Below, in pieces: positions 10,879-22,286 of a stretch of 64,000 nucleotides of DNA. The position numbers and the translations under genes were made by a program. Position 1 is the first letter of the stretch. Every line of letters starts with the position of its first letter. This DNA is from Akkermansiaceae bacterium (GTDB lineage: Bacteria > Verrucomicrobiota > Verrucomicrobiia > Verrucomicrobiales > Akkermansiaceae): NCBI GenBank assembly GCA_051251915.1, contig JBPOGF010000010.1:90324-154323 (forward strand), read 5' to 3'. The notes under the pieces are model-generated. The model saw nothing but the letters and a program-made list of their open reading frames with translations, was not told the DNA's origin and did no database searches.

Positions 10879-13800
10879 ATGAAAATTCCAATTCAATCAC
10901 TCCTTCTCCTACTAGTAAGTCTTACAAGCCTTCAAGCAACACCGATCTCACTCTTCGATGGAAAGTCACTCGAAGGCTGGGAGTATAACGAAGATATCTG
11001 GCGCGTTGAAGACGGCGTCATCACTGGCGGCTCCACCACTGAGAAGATCAAGACGAACTACTTCATCTCCACTAAGCAGTCCTTCCAGAACTTCGAGCTA
11101 AAGCTAACCATCAAATGCAGTGGTGATCCAAAGACTGGTCTCATTAATAGCGGTATCCAGATCCGTAGCATCCGAGCAGGAGGAGAAAGAGTCTCTGGCT
11201 ATCAAATAGATTGTGGAAGAAAATGGTTTGGCAAAATCTACGATGAACACCGCCGAAAAAAAACCATCGCCATGCCAGTCGATGAACCTGCTCTTTTAAA
11301 AGTCATTGATACCTACGGCTGGAATGATTACCGCATCCGCGCGGAGGGAACGCGCATCCGTGTATGGATCAATGACGTCCTCGCTACCGACTACACCGAG
11401 GAGAACCCCAATATCGCCCTAGACGGCATCATTGCCCCGCAGGTTCACAGCGGCGGAGTCGCACTCGTTCAGTTCAAGGATATCACCATTGAGGAACTTC
11501 CTCCTACCCCTGATGCCCCCACATGGGAATCTCTAGGTGGTGTTAAGGAAGCCATCCAGCTAGTCAGAGCACCTCGCCCCCCGAAAGTAGAAGAAAAGGG
11601 TAACCCACAGGAAAAAATTCCCGTCCCACCAAAAGGCGCTGATCGAGTGAACTTCGATTTCGAAACAGGAGACCTCCAAGGATGGCATAAGATTGAAGGA
11701 TTTTTGGGACATCCCGTTGCCGATAACGCTCTGAATCGCAACGGCGACACTCCTTCAAACAAAGAAGGCAAATTCTTTCTCAGCTCACTTGAAGCAGTCA
11801 AGGGTAGCGCATCAGACAAGCAAATCGGCATCATAGAATCCCCAGTCTTTGAATTAACCGGTGACACCATTCAACTAGCCGTTTCAGGTGGCAGGCACGC
11901 CAGCACTTTCGTCGGTCTCTACACGCTCGACGGTAAAGAAATCCAACGAGCATCTGGAAACAACTCCGAGCTTTTCGTCCCTAAAACATGGAACGTAGCT
12001 CAATGGGTCGGCAAGCCCGTCTATCTCCGCCTTGTGGATCAGTCACAAGGCTCTTGGGGACACATCACACTTGATGCATTTTCTGCTCAGGGAAAACTTC
12101 TACCTGAGGAAACTAAAAAGCGGATAGTTGTCGCAAAACCGGTTTCTGGGAAGGTAACTAAATCAGGAGGGGAGGGAGCACTCAGCCCTGCCGAGCAACT
12201 CGCAGGCTTCACCGTACCAGAAGGGTTCGTTATTGAACTCGTAGCCTCTGAAGAGAACGGCTTGATTAACCCCATCGATATGACATTCGATGATGCAGGT
12301 AGACTGTGGACTCAAACTGCGAGAATGTATCCACTAGACCCAGCCCCGGGCGTTCCTTTTGCCGAAGCAATGAAGCTTATGAAGGATCCTAACCTCGCTG
12401 AGAAATACCCGAAAGTAACTGACTTCATAGAACTCTATAAGCTTGAGAAAAGAGGCTCTGACCAAATCCTCATCATTGATGATCCTACTAAGAAGGCGAC
12501 AGGACAACTGCATGTCTGGGCAGATGGCTTGACGATTCCTCAGAGTATCATGCCCTATAAGAACGGTGCATTTGTAGCGCATGGATCTGAACTCTTCTTC
12601 CTCTCTGATGAAAATGGTGACGGCAAGCAGGACAAGATGACACCTAAGTTTACAGGGTTTGGTATTTTCGACACCCATACCATGGCTCATTCTATCGTCC
12701 GTGGACCAGGTGGATGGATGCATTTCTCTCATGGTGCAGTGAACTCAGGAAATGTAGAAGTGGTAGAAACGGGTAAGAAACTCAACGTCACATTCTCAAA
12801 AAACCTACGATTCAAAAACGATGGCTCTGAGCTAGAGATCCTCAACTGCCACAAAGATAATAACTGGGGCTACCAAGTCAGAGAAAACGGACAATGGTAT
12901 GCTACTTCTGCAAATGATGGTGGTTACTCCGTCTTACCCTTTGAGTTCATGATGAGCATCGCGGGGAATGGAAATGACAAGATCCGCGACTATTCACCGT
13001 TTTTCCCTCCTATACATAAGTTCCGTGTAGGCGCATCTGGTATCTCAGGTCTCGCCTTCTCCGAAGATGGGGCAATGAGCTTCCCACCAGAGTGGAAAGA
13101 CGTGGCATTCTTAGCAAACCCAATGACTCGCAAATTAAATGCTGTTAGAATAAAACGTAACAAGGATGGCTCTGTCTCCGCTGAGCATTTACCAGACTTC
13201 CTTTCATCAAAAGATGAATGGTTCCGCCCTGTGAATCTTGAATTTGGTCCAGATGGGTGCCTCTATATTGCTGACTGGTATAACAAAATCATCTCACATA
13301 ATTCTATCGACCGTAATCACCCAGACCGTGACAAATCCAATGGACGAATCTGGAGGATCAGGCATAAGTCACAGCAGCCTGGTAAAATTCCCAATCTCAT
13401 TGAGACTAAAAATGCAGATTTGGTAAAGCACCTCTCAGCAGAAACCTCATGGGAAAAAAGAGCCGCCTGGCATCAGATAGTCGATAGACAAGCGGAGGAA
13501 CTGATCCCACAGATTAAGACCGTGGTCAAAGATCCTCATCAGAGCCTCGGTACAAGAGTTACCGCCATATGGTGCTTGGAAGGGCTCAATGCTTTTGATA
13601 AATCGCTTTTACAGGATCTAATGGAATCTGGTGATGATGACATCAAACGAGAAGCGATCCGCTCACTCGGCACCTTTAAACCTAGTGCAGATGTGGTAGC
13701 TGAGCTACTAGCACCCTACCTAGAAGATAAGAATGCAGCGGTGCGATCACAAGTTCTAAGAACCTTAGAAGAGGTGAAGACAGCCAACTCTGATACCATT

Positions 13801-15195
13801 GCGCTGCTTCTAAAAGCATGTAAGCCTTCCCTACCAGGCAATAGCCTAGGCGGTAGCTACGAACGAAACTTTGAGCGCTTTCTAGCTCGCAAAGCTCTGG
13901 AAAGCTACACTTCTTACCTGAAGACCTTCCTCTCATCTCCAGAAGGAGAAACAGTCAACCCAGAAAACCGTCTCTGGGCACTACAAGCCCTCTCTGACTC
14001 AGAACGCGAAGAAGCATTCATTCAGATCTGGGAAAAGGCAAAGAACTCTGCGATCGATGATAACACATTCATCGCAATCTCGACGATGCTAGGAAATGAC
14101 AAAGTGCGAAACGCCGTGACTCCAGCGTTTAAGTCCGACTCTGCGAAAATGCTAGACCTAGCATTACGCAACTACACGAGTATCAATGGTCCTGGCGTCG
14201 CTTTATTTTATAAAGATGAATTAGAGGAAAAACTTACCTCTGGAGACCAGGAAAAAGTCAGTGAAGCACTAGATATCATCAATAAACTTCACTCACCACA
14301 CCATACGCAGACACTCGATAAATTAGCGGCAACCTACAAGGAGTCCCCTCTCCTCACGGTGATCATTTCAGCCTTTGGTCATGATGCCAAAGCGCCTGCT
14401 ACATTCTATAGCAAGTTGTTTCAGGATTCTAGCCTAAGCTTCACAACCAGATTACAAGCCCTGTCTGCCCTAGTGATAAAAACCCCTAAAGCGACTACAA
14501 ACGCCGCTCTAGAATGGATAGCGACTCTATCAGATTCTGAAAAATCTCAAGCGGTAAAACAGTTAGCCTACTCAGGACAAGGAGCTGCAGTGATCTTACA
14601 ACTTAAGAGCAAAGAAATCATTACTGATGAGATGCTGGACTACAAAACAGCAGTCATCATGAATCAGTATCTAGGTAAAAGAAATAAAGAGATGAAGGCT
14701 ATCATGGTAAAGGCGTCTAAAGCTGAAGGAAGCAGAAAAAGGACGCTGGCTAACAAAGTGAAAGCATACACGGAAAGCGTTCCTAAGCTGAAAGGAAATG
14801 CTGCTACTGGACAAGCTCTCTACGGCTCATGTCTTGCATGTCACGCAGTTGGTGGACAAGGACAAGAAATCGCTCCACCGCTCGATGGAGGAAAAGACCG
14901 TGATGTAGCGCATCTCATCACTGCGATCATGAATCCAGATGTGGCTGTAGAAGCAGTGTATGGGCTCTCCTACGCAGTCCGTACAGATGGCTTCGCTGTA
15001 GAAGGTTATCTTAAAAAATCTGATGACTCTGGTGTCATTATAGCACAGATGGGCGGAGTTAAAACATTCATCCCAAGCAGCCAACTTCTTACCCTAGGGA
15101 GTGTCCAAGGTAGATCGTTCATGCCAGCTCACTATTCTGAGCTTGAAGAGCAAACTATGGCTGACCTGGTAGAGTATATCAAAGGCATTAAATAA
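10879..15195 (+). CDS. PVC-type heme-binding CxxCH protein (DUF1080 domain, sugar-dehydrogenase-like propeller, HEAT repeats, cytochrome c)
   Basis: N-terminal SLFDGKSLEGW...NSGIQIRS...QVHSG...FKDITIEEL; FRPVNLEFGPDGCLYIADWYN; HEAT-like repeats; CLACH near the C-terminus. Confidence 0.85.
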   Translation: MKIPIQSLLLLLVSLTSLQATPISLFDGKSLEGWEYNEDIWRVEDGVITGGSTTEKIKTNYFISTKQSFQNFELKLTIKCSGDPKTGLINSGIQIRSIRAGGERVSGYQIDCGRKWFGKIYDEHRRKKTIAMPVDEPALLKVIDTYGWNDYRIRAEGTRIRVWINDVLATDYTEENPNIALDGIIAPQVHSGGVALVQFKDITIEELPPTPDAPTWESLGGVKEAIQLVRAPRPPKVEEKGNPQEKIPVPPKGADRVNFDFETGDLQGWHKIEGFLGHPVADNALNRNGDTPSNKEGKFFLSSLEAVKGSASDKQIGIIESPVFELTGDTIQLAVSGGRHASTFVGLYTLDGKEIQRASGNNSELFVPKTWNVAQWVGKPVYLRLVDQSQGSWGHITLDAFSAQGKLLPEETKKRIVVAKPVSGKVTKSGGEGALSPAEQLAGFTVPEGFVIELVASEENGLINPIDMTFDDAGRLWTQTARMYPLDPAPGVPFAEAMKLMKDPNLAEKYPKVTDFIELYKLEKRGSDQILIIDDPTKKATGQLHVWADGLTIPQSIMPYKNGAFVAHGSELFFLSDENGDGKQDKMTPKFTGFGIFDTHTMAHSIVRGPGGWMHFSHGAVNSGNVEVVETGKKLNVTFSKNLRFKNDGSELEILNCHKDNNWGYQVRENGQWYATSANDGGYSVLPFEFMMSIAGNGNDKIRDYSPFFPPIHKFRVGASGISGLAFSEDGAMSFPPEWKDVAFLANPMTRKLNAVRIKRNKDGSVSAEHLPDFLSSKDEWFRPVNLEFGPDGCLYIADWYNKIISHNSIDRNHPDRDKSNGRIWRIRHKSQQPGKIPNLIETKNADLVKHLSAETSWEKRAAWHQIVDRQAEELIPQIKTVVKDPHQSLGTRVTAIWCLEGLNAFDKSLLQDLMESGDDDIKREAIRSLGTFKPSADVVAELLAPYLEDKNAAVRSQVLRTLEEVKTANSDTIALLLKACKPSLPGNSLGGSYERNFERFLARKALESYTSYLKTFLSSPEGETVNPENRLWALQALSDSEREEAFIQIWEKAKNSAIDDNTFIAISTMLGNDKVRNAVTPAFKSDSAKMLDLALRNYTSINGPGVALFYKDELEEKLTSGDQEKVSEALDIINKLHSPHHTQTLDKLAATYKESPLLTVIISAFGHDAKAPATFYSKLFQDSSLSFTTRLQALSALVIKTPKATTNAALEWIATLSDSEKSQAVKQLAYSGQGAAVILQLKSKEIITDEMLDYKTAVIMNQYLGKRNKEMKAIMVKASKAEGSRKRTLANKVKAYTESVPKLKGNAATGQALYGSCLACHAVGGQGQEIAPPLDGGKDRDVAHLITAIMNPDVAVEAVYGLSYAVRTDGFAVEGYLKKSDDSGVIIAQMGGVKTFIPSSQLLTLGSVQGRSFMPAHYSELEEQTMADLVEYIKGIK

Positions 15196-15236
15196 ATCAT
15201 GAAGTCCAATAATATATTCAATTAGTGAAATCAAAA

Positions 15237-16658
15237 ATGCGTTTTAAAAAAATACTCTCACTTGTCTCTGCAGCGCTATGGACAGTCAATCCGCTGTCTG
15301 CAGCAGAGCTCCAGCCACCCAACATCGTAGTCATCTTTGCGGATGATCTCGGCTATGGCGATCTCGGCTGCTACGGCGCAAAATACAAAACGCCTGCACT
15401 GGATAAAATGGCTGCAGAGGGTTTCCGCTCGACTGATATGTTCGTAGCTTCCAACGTGTGTGGTCCCTCGCGTACGGCACTGCTCACTGGAAGATATCCG
15501 ATGCGTAATGGTCATCCGTATTATCGCAGTAATTACCAGACGAAGAGTGGGAGTTTTTATGCACTCCACCCCGATGAGATCACGCTCGCTGAGTTACTCA
15601 AGCCAGCAGGTTACAGCACCTTTGCCGTCGGCAAATGGCATCTGGGCTTCTGGGAAAAAGGGGCTCATCCGTTAGATACAGGATTCGATACCTATTATGG
15701 ACTGCCACATAACTATAGTGGCAAAGCTCATCCCTCCGCCAAATCACTTGTTCGAGATCGGGAAATTCTTGAGAAAAAGGTTCCATTTCAAAAGATCACC
15801 TCAAGTTACAACCGAGAAGTCGTTAAATTCATCGAAGCACAGCAGAAGGACAAGCCATTCTTCATCTACATGGCACACCAGATCGCACATACGCCGATTC
15901 TGCCGAGCGAGACTTTTAAGGGTTCTACTAAAAAGGGTAATTATGTTGATTTTGTCAACGAACTTGATCACAGCGTAGCTGTCGTTCTGCAGTCACTGAA
16001 AGACAATGATCTGGATGAAAATACTCTGGTAGTTTTTCTCTCAGACAATGGTCCGACTGGAAAGGGCTCTGCAGGTCCTCTAGCTGGAGGAAAGTACGTA
16101 ACGATGGATGGAGGCCACCGCGTTCCAGCCATCTTCCGCTGGCCAGGAACTATTCCAGCTGGAAAGACCTCGGCGACAACCATCACCAGCATGGATCTTT
16201 TTCCACTATTTGCCGATTTAGCAGGTGTGGAACTACCAAAAGACCGGACGATGGATGGTAAGAACATTCACGAAGTTCTGCTTGGAAAAACAGATGAATC
16301 ACCCCATGAGTTTCTCTATTATTATAATGGATTGAACCTGCAGGCAGTGCGCAAAGGAAAATGGAAGCTTCATTTGCCACGCACCATAGAAGCTCAGCCT
16401 TATTGGGGCAAAAAGCAGAAAAAAGGATTCACCGAGCTAAAAGAAAACTTTCTCGTAGATCTAGCTACTGATATTGGCGAAAAAGAGAATGTCGCGACTG
16501 CTAATCCGGAGGTGGTTGCCATACTCATGAAGGAAGCAGACCGCATCCGCACTGAGCTAGGAGATTACGAGCAAAAGGGCACAGACCAACGTCCAAGTTG
16601 GCCTCCCGCACAAGAAACTCAAAAAAACAGAATAAAGAAAACAAATGAAATTAAATAA
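15237..16658 (+). CDS. Arylsulfatase A-like sulfatase, close paralog of 7478..8914
   Basis: [12 protein letters not shown]; long shared stretches with the 7478 gene ([39 protein letters not shown]). Confidence 0.95.
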   Translation: MRFKKILSLVSAALWTVNPLSAAELQPPNIVVIFADDLGYGDLGCYGAKYKTPALDKMAAEGFRSTDMFVASNVCGPSRTALLTGRYPMRNGHPYYRSNYQTKSGSFYALHPDEITLAELLKPAGYSTFAVGKWHLGFWEKGAHPLDTGFDTYYGLPHNYSGKAHPSAKSLVRDREILEKKVPFQKITSSYNREVVKFIEAQQKDKPFFIYMAHQIAHTPILPSETFKGSTKKGNYVDFVNELDHSVAVVLQSLKDNDLDENTLVVFLSDNGPTGKGSAGPLAGGKYVTMDGGHRVPAIFRWPGTIPAGKTSATTITSMDLFPLFADLAGVELPKDRTMDGKNIHEVLLGKTDESPHEFLYYYNGLNLQAVRKGKWKLHLPRTIEAQPYWGKKQKKGFTELKENFLVDLATDIGEKENVATANPEVVAILMKEADRIRTELGDYEQKGTDQRPSWPPAQETQKNRIKKTNEIK

Positions 16659-18252
16659 AATAATCGGACTGAGTCTATTCGGAGCTGTTTCAGGCCTGTG
16701 TATGGCTGATCAAACGCCGCCTAATGTCGTATTAATTTTTGCTGATGACTTAGGTTATGGTGACCTAAGCTGCTATGGCGCCACTAAGGTGCAGACGCCG
16801 AACATCGATAAGCTAGCCACCGAGGGGCGCCGATTTACGGATGCGCATTCCCCTTCGGCTGTGTGCACACCGTCGCGTTATGGCCTTATGACCGGTGAAT
16901 ATCCGATGCGGGCGAACGAGGGACGTGGACTTTGGGGTCCGTGTTCTCCCACCAGCAAATTGCTAATTGATACCGATAAGATGACGATCGCCTCACTTCT
17001 GAAGCAGAAGGGCTATGATACATCGTGCTTTGGTAAATGGCATCTTGGATTTGGAACAGGAACCACTGATTATGCTAAACCCTTGCGCCCTGGTCCATTG
17101 GAGTTGGGGTTTGACTACTACTTCGGCGTTCCTGTGGTGAACAGTGCTCCGCCTTACGTTTATGTGGAAAATGATACAGTGGTAGGCATGACTGCAGACG
17201 ATCCGATCGTCTTACTCGATAAACAAGACAGAAAAGGAAATGTAACACCGCTCACCAAGTTAACCAAAGAACATGGGGCTCGGGTAGGCAATTGGTTTGG
17301 CGGCGCGAAAGCGGCGCATAAGCTCTATAACGACTTCGAGTTGGGAACCGAGTTGACCAACCGAGCGACGAAATGGATCGGTGAGCGTGGGTCGAATCCG
17401 TTCTTTCTCTATCTGGCAACGACCAATATTCACCACCCATTTACGCCACACCCGCGTTTTCAGGGAACCAGCAAAGCGGGACTCTATGGCGACTTTATTC
17501 ATGAGCTTGACTGGATGGTCGGGGAAGTGGTGAAGGCGCTAGAAGCAAAAGGCGTAGCGGATAATACGCTGATCATCTTTACCAGCGATAACGGCGGTAT
17601 GTTTAATCATAATGCCTATCAAGCCTTCCAAGACGGTCATCGTCAGAATGGCGATCTGCTAGGCTTTAAATTCGGAGCGTGGGAAGGCGGACACCGTATT
17701 CCATTCATTGCTAAATGGCCTGGCAAAATAAAGCCGGACACGGTTTCTACACAGATGATCAGCAGCGTGGATTTGCTGGCGACGTTTGCAGCGATTACTG
17801 AGCAGGACGTTGATTCGGCAAAGTTGGCGGATAGTGTAAACATCTTGCCGGCTTTAGTTACGGACACTGAAAAGCCAGTGCGTGAAACCTTGCTAGTCAC
17901 ACCGCGATACGCAGCGCAGATAATGGTGCGTAAAGGTAAGTGGTGTTATATCGGGGCGCAGAATTCCGGTGGATTTAACGGCCAACCGGGAAGTCATGCC
18001 GCGGGAGGATCCATTTCCGCAGCCTATATCGGCAACCTAAACAGTGACTTTGACGCGAAAGGTATCTACAAGCCAGATGCCCCAGAAGCGCAGCTCTATG
18101 ATTTGGAAGCGGACGTCAACCAGACGAAGAATGTATATACGGACTACCCTGAAGTAGTGCAGCAAATGAAGACCCTCCTCGCGGAAGCGACTAAGGGCGT
18201 AAAACTTCCTAGCGAAAAAAGGGCGGTTCCTAAACCACCGGCAAAGAAATAA
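16645..18252 (+). CDS. Arylsulfatase (S1)
   Basis: [32 protein letters not shown]. Confidence 0.95.
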   Translation: MKLNKIIGLSLFGAVSGLCMADQTPPNVVLIFADDLGYGDLSCYGATKVQTPNIDKLATEGRRFTDAHSPSAVCTPSRYGLMTGEYPMRANEGRGLWGPCSPTSKLLIDTDKMTIASLLKQKGYDTSCFGKWHLGFGTGTTDYAKPLRPGPLELGFDYYFGVPVVNSAPPYVYVENDTVVGMTADDPIVLLDKQDRKGNVTPLTKLTKEHGARVGNWFGGAKAAHKLYNDFELGTELTNRATKWIGERGSNPFFLYLATTNIHHPFTPHPRFQGTSKAGLYGDFIHELDWMVGEVVKALEAKGVADNTLIIFTSDNGGMFNHNAYQAFQDGHRQNGDLLGFKFGAWEGGHRIPFIAKWPGKIKPDTVSTQMISSVDLLATFAAITEQDVDSAKLADSVNILPALVTDTEKPVRETLLVTPRYAAQIMVRKGKWCYIGAQNSGGFNGQPGSHAAGGSISAAYIGNLNSDFDAKGIYKPDAPEAQLYDLEADVNQTKNVYTDYPEVVQQMKTLLAEATKGVKLPSEKRAVPKPPAKK

Positions 18253-18270
18253 ATAGAATACTCGAGCTAT

Positions 18271-18432
18271 ATGAAACGAACTCTATGTGCCGCGATGTTG
18301 TCCACAACTGCGATTGTGAATCTGAATGCGGTGAAACCCAACAAAAGGCTAGCTGCCGAGAGCGGAGACGAACAGTTGAAACCGAATATCCTGATCATCA
18401 TGGCAGATGATATGAGCTATGGTGAAGTTTAG
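18271..18432 (+). pseudogene. Truncated sulfatase N-terminus (53 aa)
   Basis: MKRTLCAAMLSTTAIVNLNA...KPNILIIMADDMSYGEV then TAG, ending before the CxPxR motif. Confidence 0.8.
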
Positions 18433-18525
18433 GCTTTAGAGACCTTTATAAGTCAGGTATGTAAATTTTGATGTGAAATTTTATCACACATATTGTAAAA
18501 AGGGCTAACTACGACGATACAGAAT

Positions 18526-19275
18526 ATGACAAACCGAAACTGGAAATTGATGATTATTTTGGTCGCTTTATTGAGCTCGGTTTTAGCCTCAGCAAAAGAA
18601 GAACCTGAGGTGAGAAAAGTAGCCTGTGTGGGCGATAGTATAACCTATGGATTCGGACTAAAAGATAGGAAAATCCAAAGTTATCCTGCTCAACTTGCCA
18701 AGATTCTCGGTAATGAATGGTCAATACGAAATTTTGGGCGTAATGGTCGAACGGTGTTAAAGCAAGGGCACGCACCATACTGGAAAACTCCAGAATATAA
18801 AGCAGCATTGAAGATGAAACCCGATATTGTGATTATTAAATTAGGGACAAACGATTTGAGGGCTATGAACTGGGAGAAACACAGCGCAGAATATATTTCC
18901 GATTATGTGGAGCTTATTCGTTCCTTTCAGGCACTAGAAAGCAAGCCGAGTATCTGGGTATGCTATCCAGTCCCTATTCATCCAGGTCACGATAAGATCA
19001 AATTTAATAACAATGTGATAAAGAATGAGCTAATTCCGCGTATAGATGAAGTTGCAAAGCAAACCGGAGCCAATATTATCGATCTTCATACAGCCCTGAG
19101 TGATAAGAAAAAAATGTTCCCTGATCATGTTCACCCAAACGCTGAGGGTGCGAAGCTGATCGCAAAAACTATCTCAAGAGCAATTGCAGAAAAGATACCT
19201 ACCAAAACTGAAGAAGACCTTACAGAAGCGACTCCAAAATCCGAAGCCAGACGACCTGCAAAGAAAACAAAATAA
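18526..19275 (+). CDS. GDSL/SGNH hydrolase (acetylesterase-like), secreted
   Basis: VACVGDSITYG, LGTND, DHVHPN; signal peptide. Confidence 0.9.
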   Translation: MTNRNWKLMIILVALLSSVLASAKEEPEVRKVACVGDSITYGFGLKDRKIQSYPAQLAKILGNEWSIRNFGRNGRTVLKQGHAPYWKTPEYKAALKMKPDIVIIKLGTNDLRAMNWEKHSAEYISDYVELIRSFQALESKPSIWVCYPVPIHPGHDKIKFNNNVIKNELIPRIDEVAKQTGANIIDLHTALSDKKKMFPDHVHPNAEGAKLIAKTISRAIAEKIPTKTEEDLTEATPKSEARRPAKKTK

Positions 19276-19326
19276 GCAACGTCTAAACTCTATCCATTGA
19301 AGAAAGGTCCTTAACTCTGTTCTCTT

Positions 19327-19428
19327 TCTGTGCCGACGCGTGCGGCGATCATGTGCGGTCGCCATGAGTTTCGAGTAGGGATCACGCATACGATTATGAT
19401 GAGCAAGCGTATGGACCTCAACGCTTAG
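19327..19428 (+). pseudogene. Sulfatase active-site relic
   Basis: Translates as SVPTRAAIMCGRHEFRVGITHT...*, a degenerate CxPTRxxxMTGR signature with no start codon. Confidence 0.7.
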
Positions 19429-19460
19429 TTCTAATACTCAAGTAAATTTTCCAGTTGAAT

Positions 19461-20117
19461 CTATTTATCTTGGTGGAAAATACCCGTTTGGTATGCTTTG
19501 GCTACGGCCGATGGGGCATTGGGAACATCAAGTTTACTGTAGATGTTATGAATGTACTCGGAGACGGTGTGGACGCTGATTTTTAGTTGGGAGGCTATCA
19601 TTTTTTGTGCTTGGCCTTCTGCTATGAGTGTTAGAATTTCCAGCTCTCGTTTTGAGAGGTCAGTATCCAGCGATGATTTTGATGGTGTCTGTTTTACGGT
19701 GTCGAGGATGTATTGAGAAACTCCGGGATCCAGTGTGGCTCCGCCTTGGTAGACGGCTTGGATGCCTGCCATGAGTTGATCGATCGAGGTTGATTTTAGC
19801 AGATAACCTGATGCACCTAATCGGATAGCAAGTAGAACATCGGCTTCTCTGTCTGATTGGGTAAGGACAATGATTTTTGTTTGAGGACTCTGTTCTTTAA
19901 AAAGAGGGATGGAATCTAAGCCTGATATTCCTGGGAGATTGAGGTCAAGTAGAAGGATATCAGGGGTAGGATTACCGTGTAGGCTCTGAAGAGCAAATTC
20001 TGAGGCTCCGAACTCTGCAATGAGTTCCATGTTGGAAGCTCGGTCTAGGGTGCAGGCAATGCCTTTTCGGTAGGCTAGGTTGTCTTCCACCAGCATGATT
20101 TTGATTTGTTGTTTCAT
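19461..20117 (-). CDS. NarL/FixJ-family response regulator
   Basis: REC domain (LVEDN, LLDLNLPG, GYLLK) plus LuxR HTH (LSKRELEILTLIAEG...TVSEYIHNIYSKL). Confidence 0.95.
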   Translation of the reverse strand: MKQQIKIMLVEDNLAYRKGIACTLDRASNMELIAEFGASEFALQSLHGNPTPDILLLDLNLPGISGLDSIPLFKEQSPQTKIIVLTQSDREADVLLAIRLGASGYLLKSTSIDQLMAGIQAVYQGGATLDPGVSQYILDTVKQTPSKSSLDTDLSKRELEILTLIAEGQAQKMIASQLKISVHTVSEYIHNIYSKLDVPNAPSAVAKAYQTGIFHQDK

Positions 20118-20139
20118 AGGGGTAAGTTTTTTGTCTGCG

Positions 20140-22113
20140 TTAAAATACTATTCGGAGGATGATTTTTGTTCCGCCGAATTTGGGATTTTCGAGAGTGAGT
20201 TTAGATTTGAGTAATCTGGCACGTCGTTTGAGTGAGCTGGGTGGTTTGATGACTCCTTTGCCGTTGTCATAGACGGTCAAGAGAGCTTCTTTATTGTTGG
20301 CGATTAATGAAGTTTCTACGCGAGTGGCAGCTGAGTGACGGATGATGTTGGTAATGCATTCTTTGTAGAATAGAAATACACCGATACGTTTTCGAGGAGG
20401 CAGACTTTGAAGCATTTCTTCATTTTCAAAGGTGATCTCATGCTCCAAATCTGCTCTCAGTTGCTCCGCGAGCCTTTTCATATCTTCGACAAGGTTTGAG
20501 TAGAGTTCTCTAGCTTCCAACATGTTGGCACAGTAGCGGGCGGTTTTTCCGGTATGCTCGGTGAGTGAGCGGATTTCATCTACATATTGAACCAGTTGAT
20601 CCCATTGGCCGTCTTTGCCCGTTTCGTTGACTTCTTGTTTAGCGAGATCGCCAAACAGTCCGATGGCATGGAGGTTGGCACCAAGTTCATCGTGGAGATT
20701 GGCTGCGATGCGTTCACGGGTATGAGTAACGGCTCGCTGACGGAGGATCCGAGTAATCAGGACGATGATGATCACTCCAGCAGCGAGTAGTGCAGCAAGC
20801 CAACGCATCATCGTCAGGTTTTCTTTTTGACGCGTGTAATGTCCTTGCAAAGCTGCCGCAATAACCGGGCGTTCGGCCTCTAGTTCGTGGCGGCGAGCCA
20901 ATTCATTGAGCCACTTCCGGATAGGTAGCAGATCTCCATAAAAATTACGTCCATCAGTGAGAGCGCTCAATTTGCGGACACCTTGTCTGAGATAGATAGG
21001 GTCGGCTATAAGAAAATCTTTTCCTAGTGCGACATTTTCATCACTAGAAAAGAACTCAATTTCGGCAAATCCCAAGCGGCTATTGGGGGGAGCATCAATG
21101 GACGATATTTTGATATAGCGACAGGTTGTTTCAGGGATATTCCACATCATGATAGGTCCCGTATTCTGTATACTTTCTTTATGGAAATCCAGTAATGTGA
21201 CGGCGTCAGAAAAGTCAGGGCTGGATGACCCTGTGATGAGTAGATGATCAGGAATACCCAGATCGCCAGCCTGTGACTGAGGGATCATATCGCTCTGATC
21301 TAGAGTATGCATGTGGATACGATTGAGAGAGGTAGGCTCACCCAAATCGAGGTGCAATGTTGGTAACGATACTATTTTGCTGATGAAACCGATGCTCTGG
21401 AGTCCATGGGCTGCATCCATCAAGTAAGGGGTGTGGCCATCAACTAGAAAGCGTTTATCCCATGCTCTTCCCTGTAATCTCGGGGTTGACGAGGTTTTAA
21501 CAGGCCGCCTGAGTGCAACGTTCGTTTCACCATTAAAGATCATCACCTCCGAGAGTTGAAATAGATAATTCCCGTCAAATGAGCGTTTTGACAGCTCTTG
21601 TGCCTCAATCCTTACCCAAGATGCCTTCACTCCATAGGTCTGAAAAATGATGGGTTTAATTCGAGAATGAGTATATTCTTTGAAACTGTATTCAGAGACG
21701 ATCACTCCTTCGCGATCTTGATCGGTTCCCACGATGATGCGGAATTCTACCGGCAAGCCGTCTGCTTGAAATCCATCGTGCGTATCACGTCTAATGGTGG
21801 GGGTTAGTATAATCTCGTCTAGCGGGGTTTCCTCCGCGAGTTTAATCTCTATCCATTCGGTATGGTGTGGACTGTCGTGAGTGACGGAGCGATAGCCTAG
21901 AGATCCGATTCCACTGCGCATGCTGTAGTGGGCTAGTTGCTGTAGCTCGGTATCGGTATCTTCCAGACGTTGCTCAAGTTCAGGAAGGGAAAGTTTTTGA
22001 GGGTTAGCAACGCTAGTCTGAGTAGACAGCAGGCTACTTAGCAAAAACAAAATGGAAATGGTTCGATGCTGCCACATTAGAATTCTTGTAACATAAATAG
22101 ATGGTTTGTCCAT
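20140..22113 (-). CDS. Sensor histidine kinase (HisKA_3) with discoidin/galactose-binding-like extracellular region
   Basis: Signal peptide, a single TM helix, RERIAANLHDELGANL, KECITNIIRHS, DNGKG. Confidence 0.92.
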   Translation of the reverse strand: MDKPSIYVTRILMWQHRTISILFLLSSLLSTQTSVANPQKLSLPELEQRLEDTDTELQQLAHYSMRSGIGSLGYRSVTHDSPHHTEWIEIKLAEETPLDEIILTPTIRRDTHDGFQADGLPVEFRIIVGTDQDREGVIVSEYSFKEYTHSRIKPIIFQTYGVKASWVRIEAQELSKRSFDGNYLFQLSEVMIFNGETNVALRRPVKTSSTPRLQGRAWDKRFLVDGHTPYLMDAAHGLQSIGFISKIVSLPTLHLDLGEPTSLNRIHMHTLDQSDMIPQSQAGDLGIPDHLLITGSSSPDFSDAVTLLDFHKESIQNTGPIMMWNIPETTCRYIKISSIDAPPNSRLGFAEIEFFSSDENVALGKDFLIADPIYLRQGVRKLSALTDGRNFYGDLLPIRKWLNELARRHELEAERPVIAAALQGHYTRQKENLTMMRWLAALLAAGVIIIVLITRILRQRAVTHTRERIAANLHDELGANLHAIGLFGDLAKQEVNETGKDGQWDQLVQYVDEIRSLTEHTGKTARYCANMLEARELYSNLVEDMKRLAEQLRADLEHEITFENEEMLQSLPPRKRIGVFLFYKECITNIIRHSAATRVETSLIANNKEALLTVYDNGKGVIKPPSSLKRRARLLKSKLTLENPKFGGTKIILRIVF

Positions 22114-22142
22114 TATGCGAGTCGGTAAACCTCGCTTTTCTG

Positions 22143-22162
22143 ACCCCCTGAAATCAGGGGGT
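22143..22162. promoter_or_regulatory. Perfect 9-2-9 palindrome, candidate response-regulator operator
   Basis: ACCCCCTGA-AA-TCAGGGGGT between the divergent kinase and PEP-CTERM genes. Confidence 0.6.
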
Positions 22163-22286
22163 TGTCGGATACTGACTATGTGGGAAGATACACGTCTCGT
22201 TCATGGGTGAGGCTGGCTACTAGACTTGCATTTTCGCCAATTTGCCATCGGAAGAGACATTCGAAAAAAACCACATATACTAGAAA

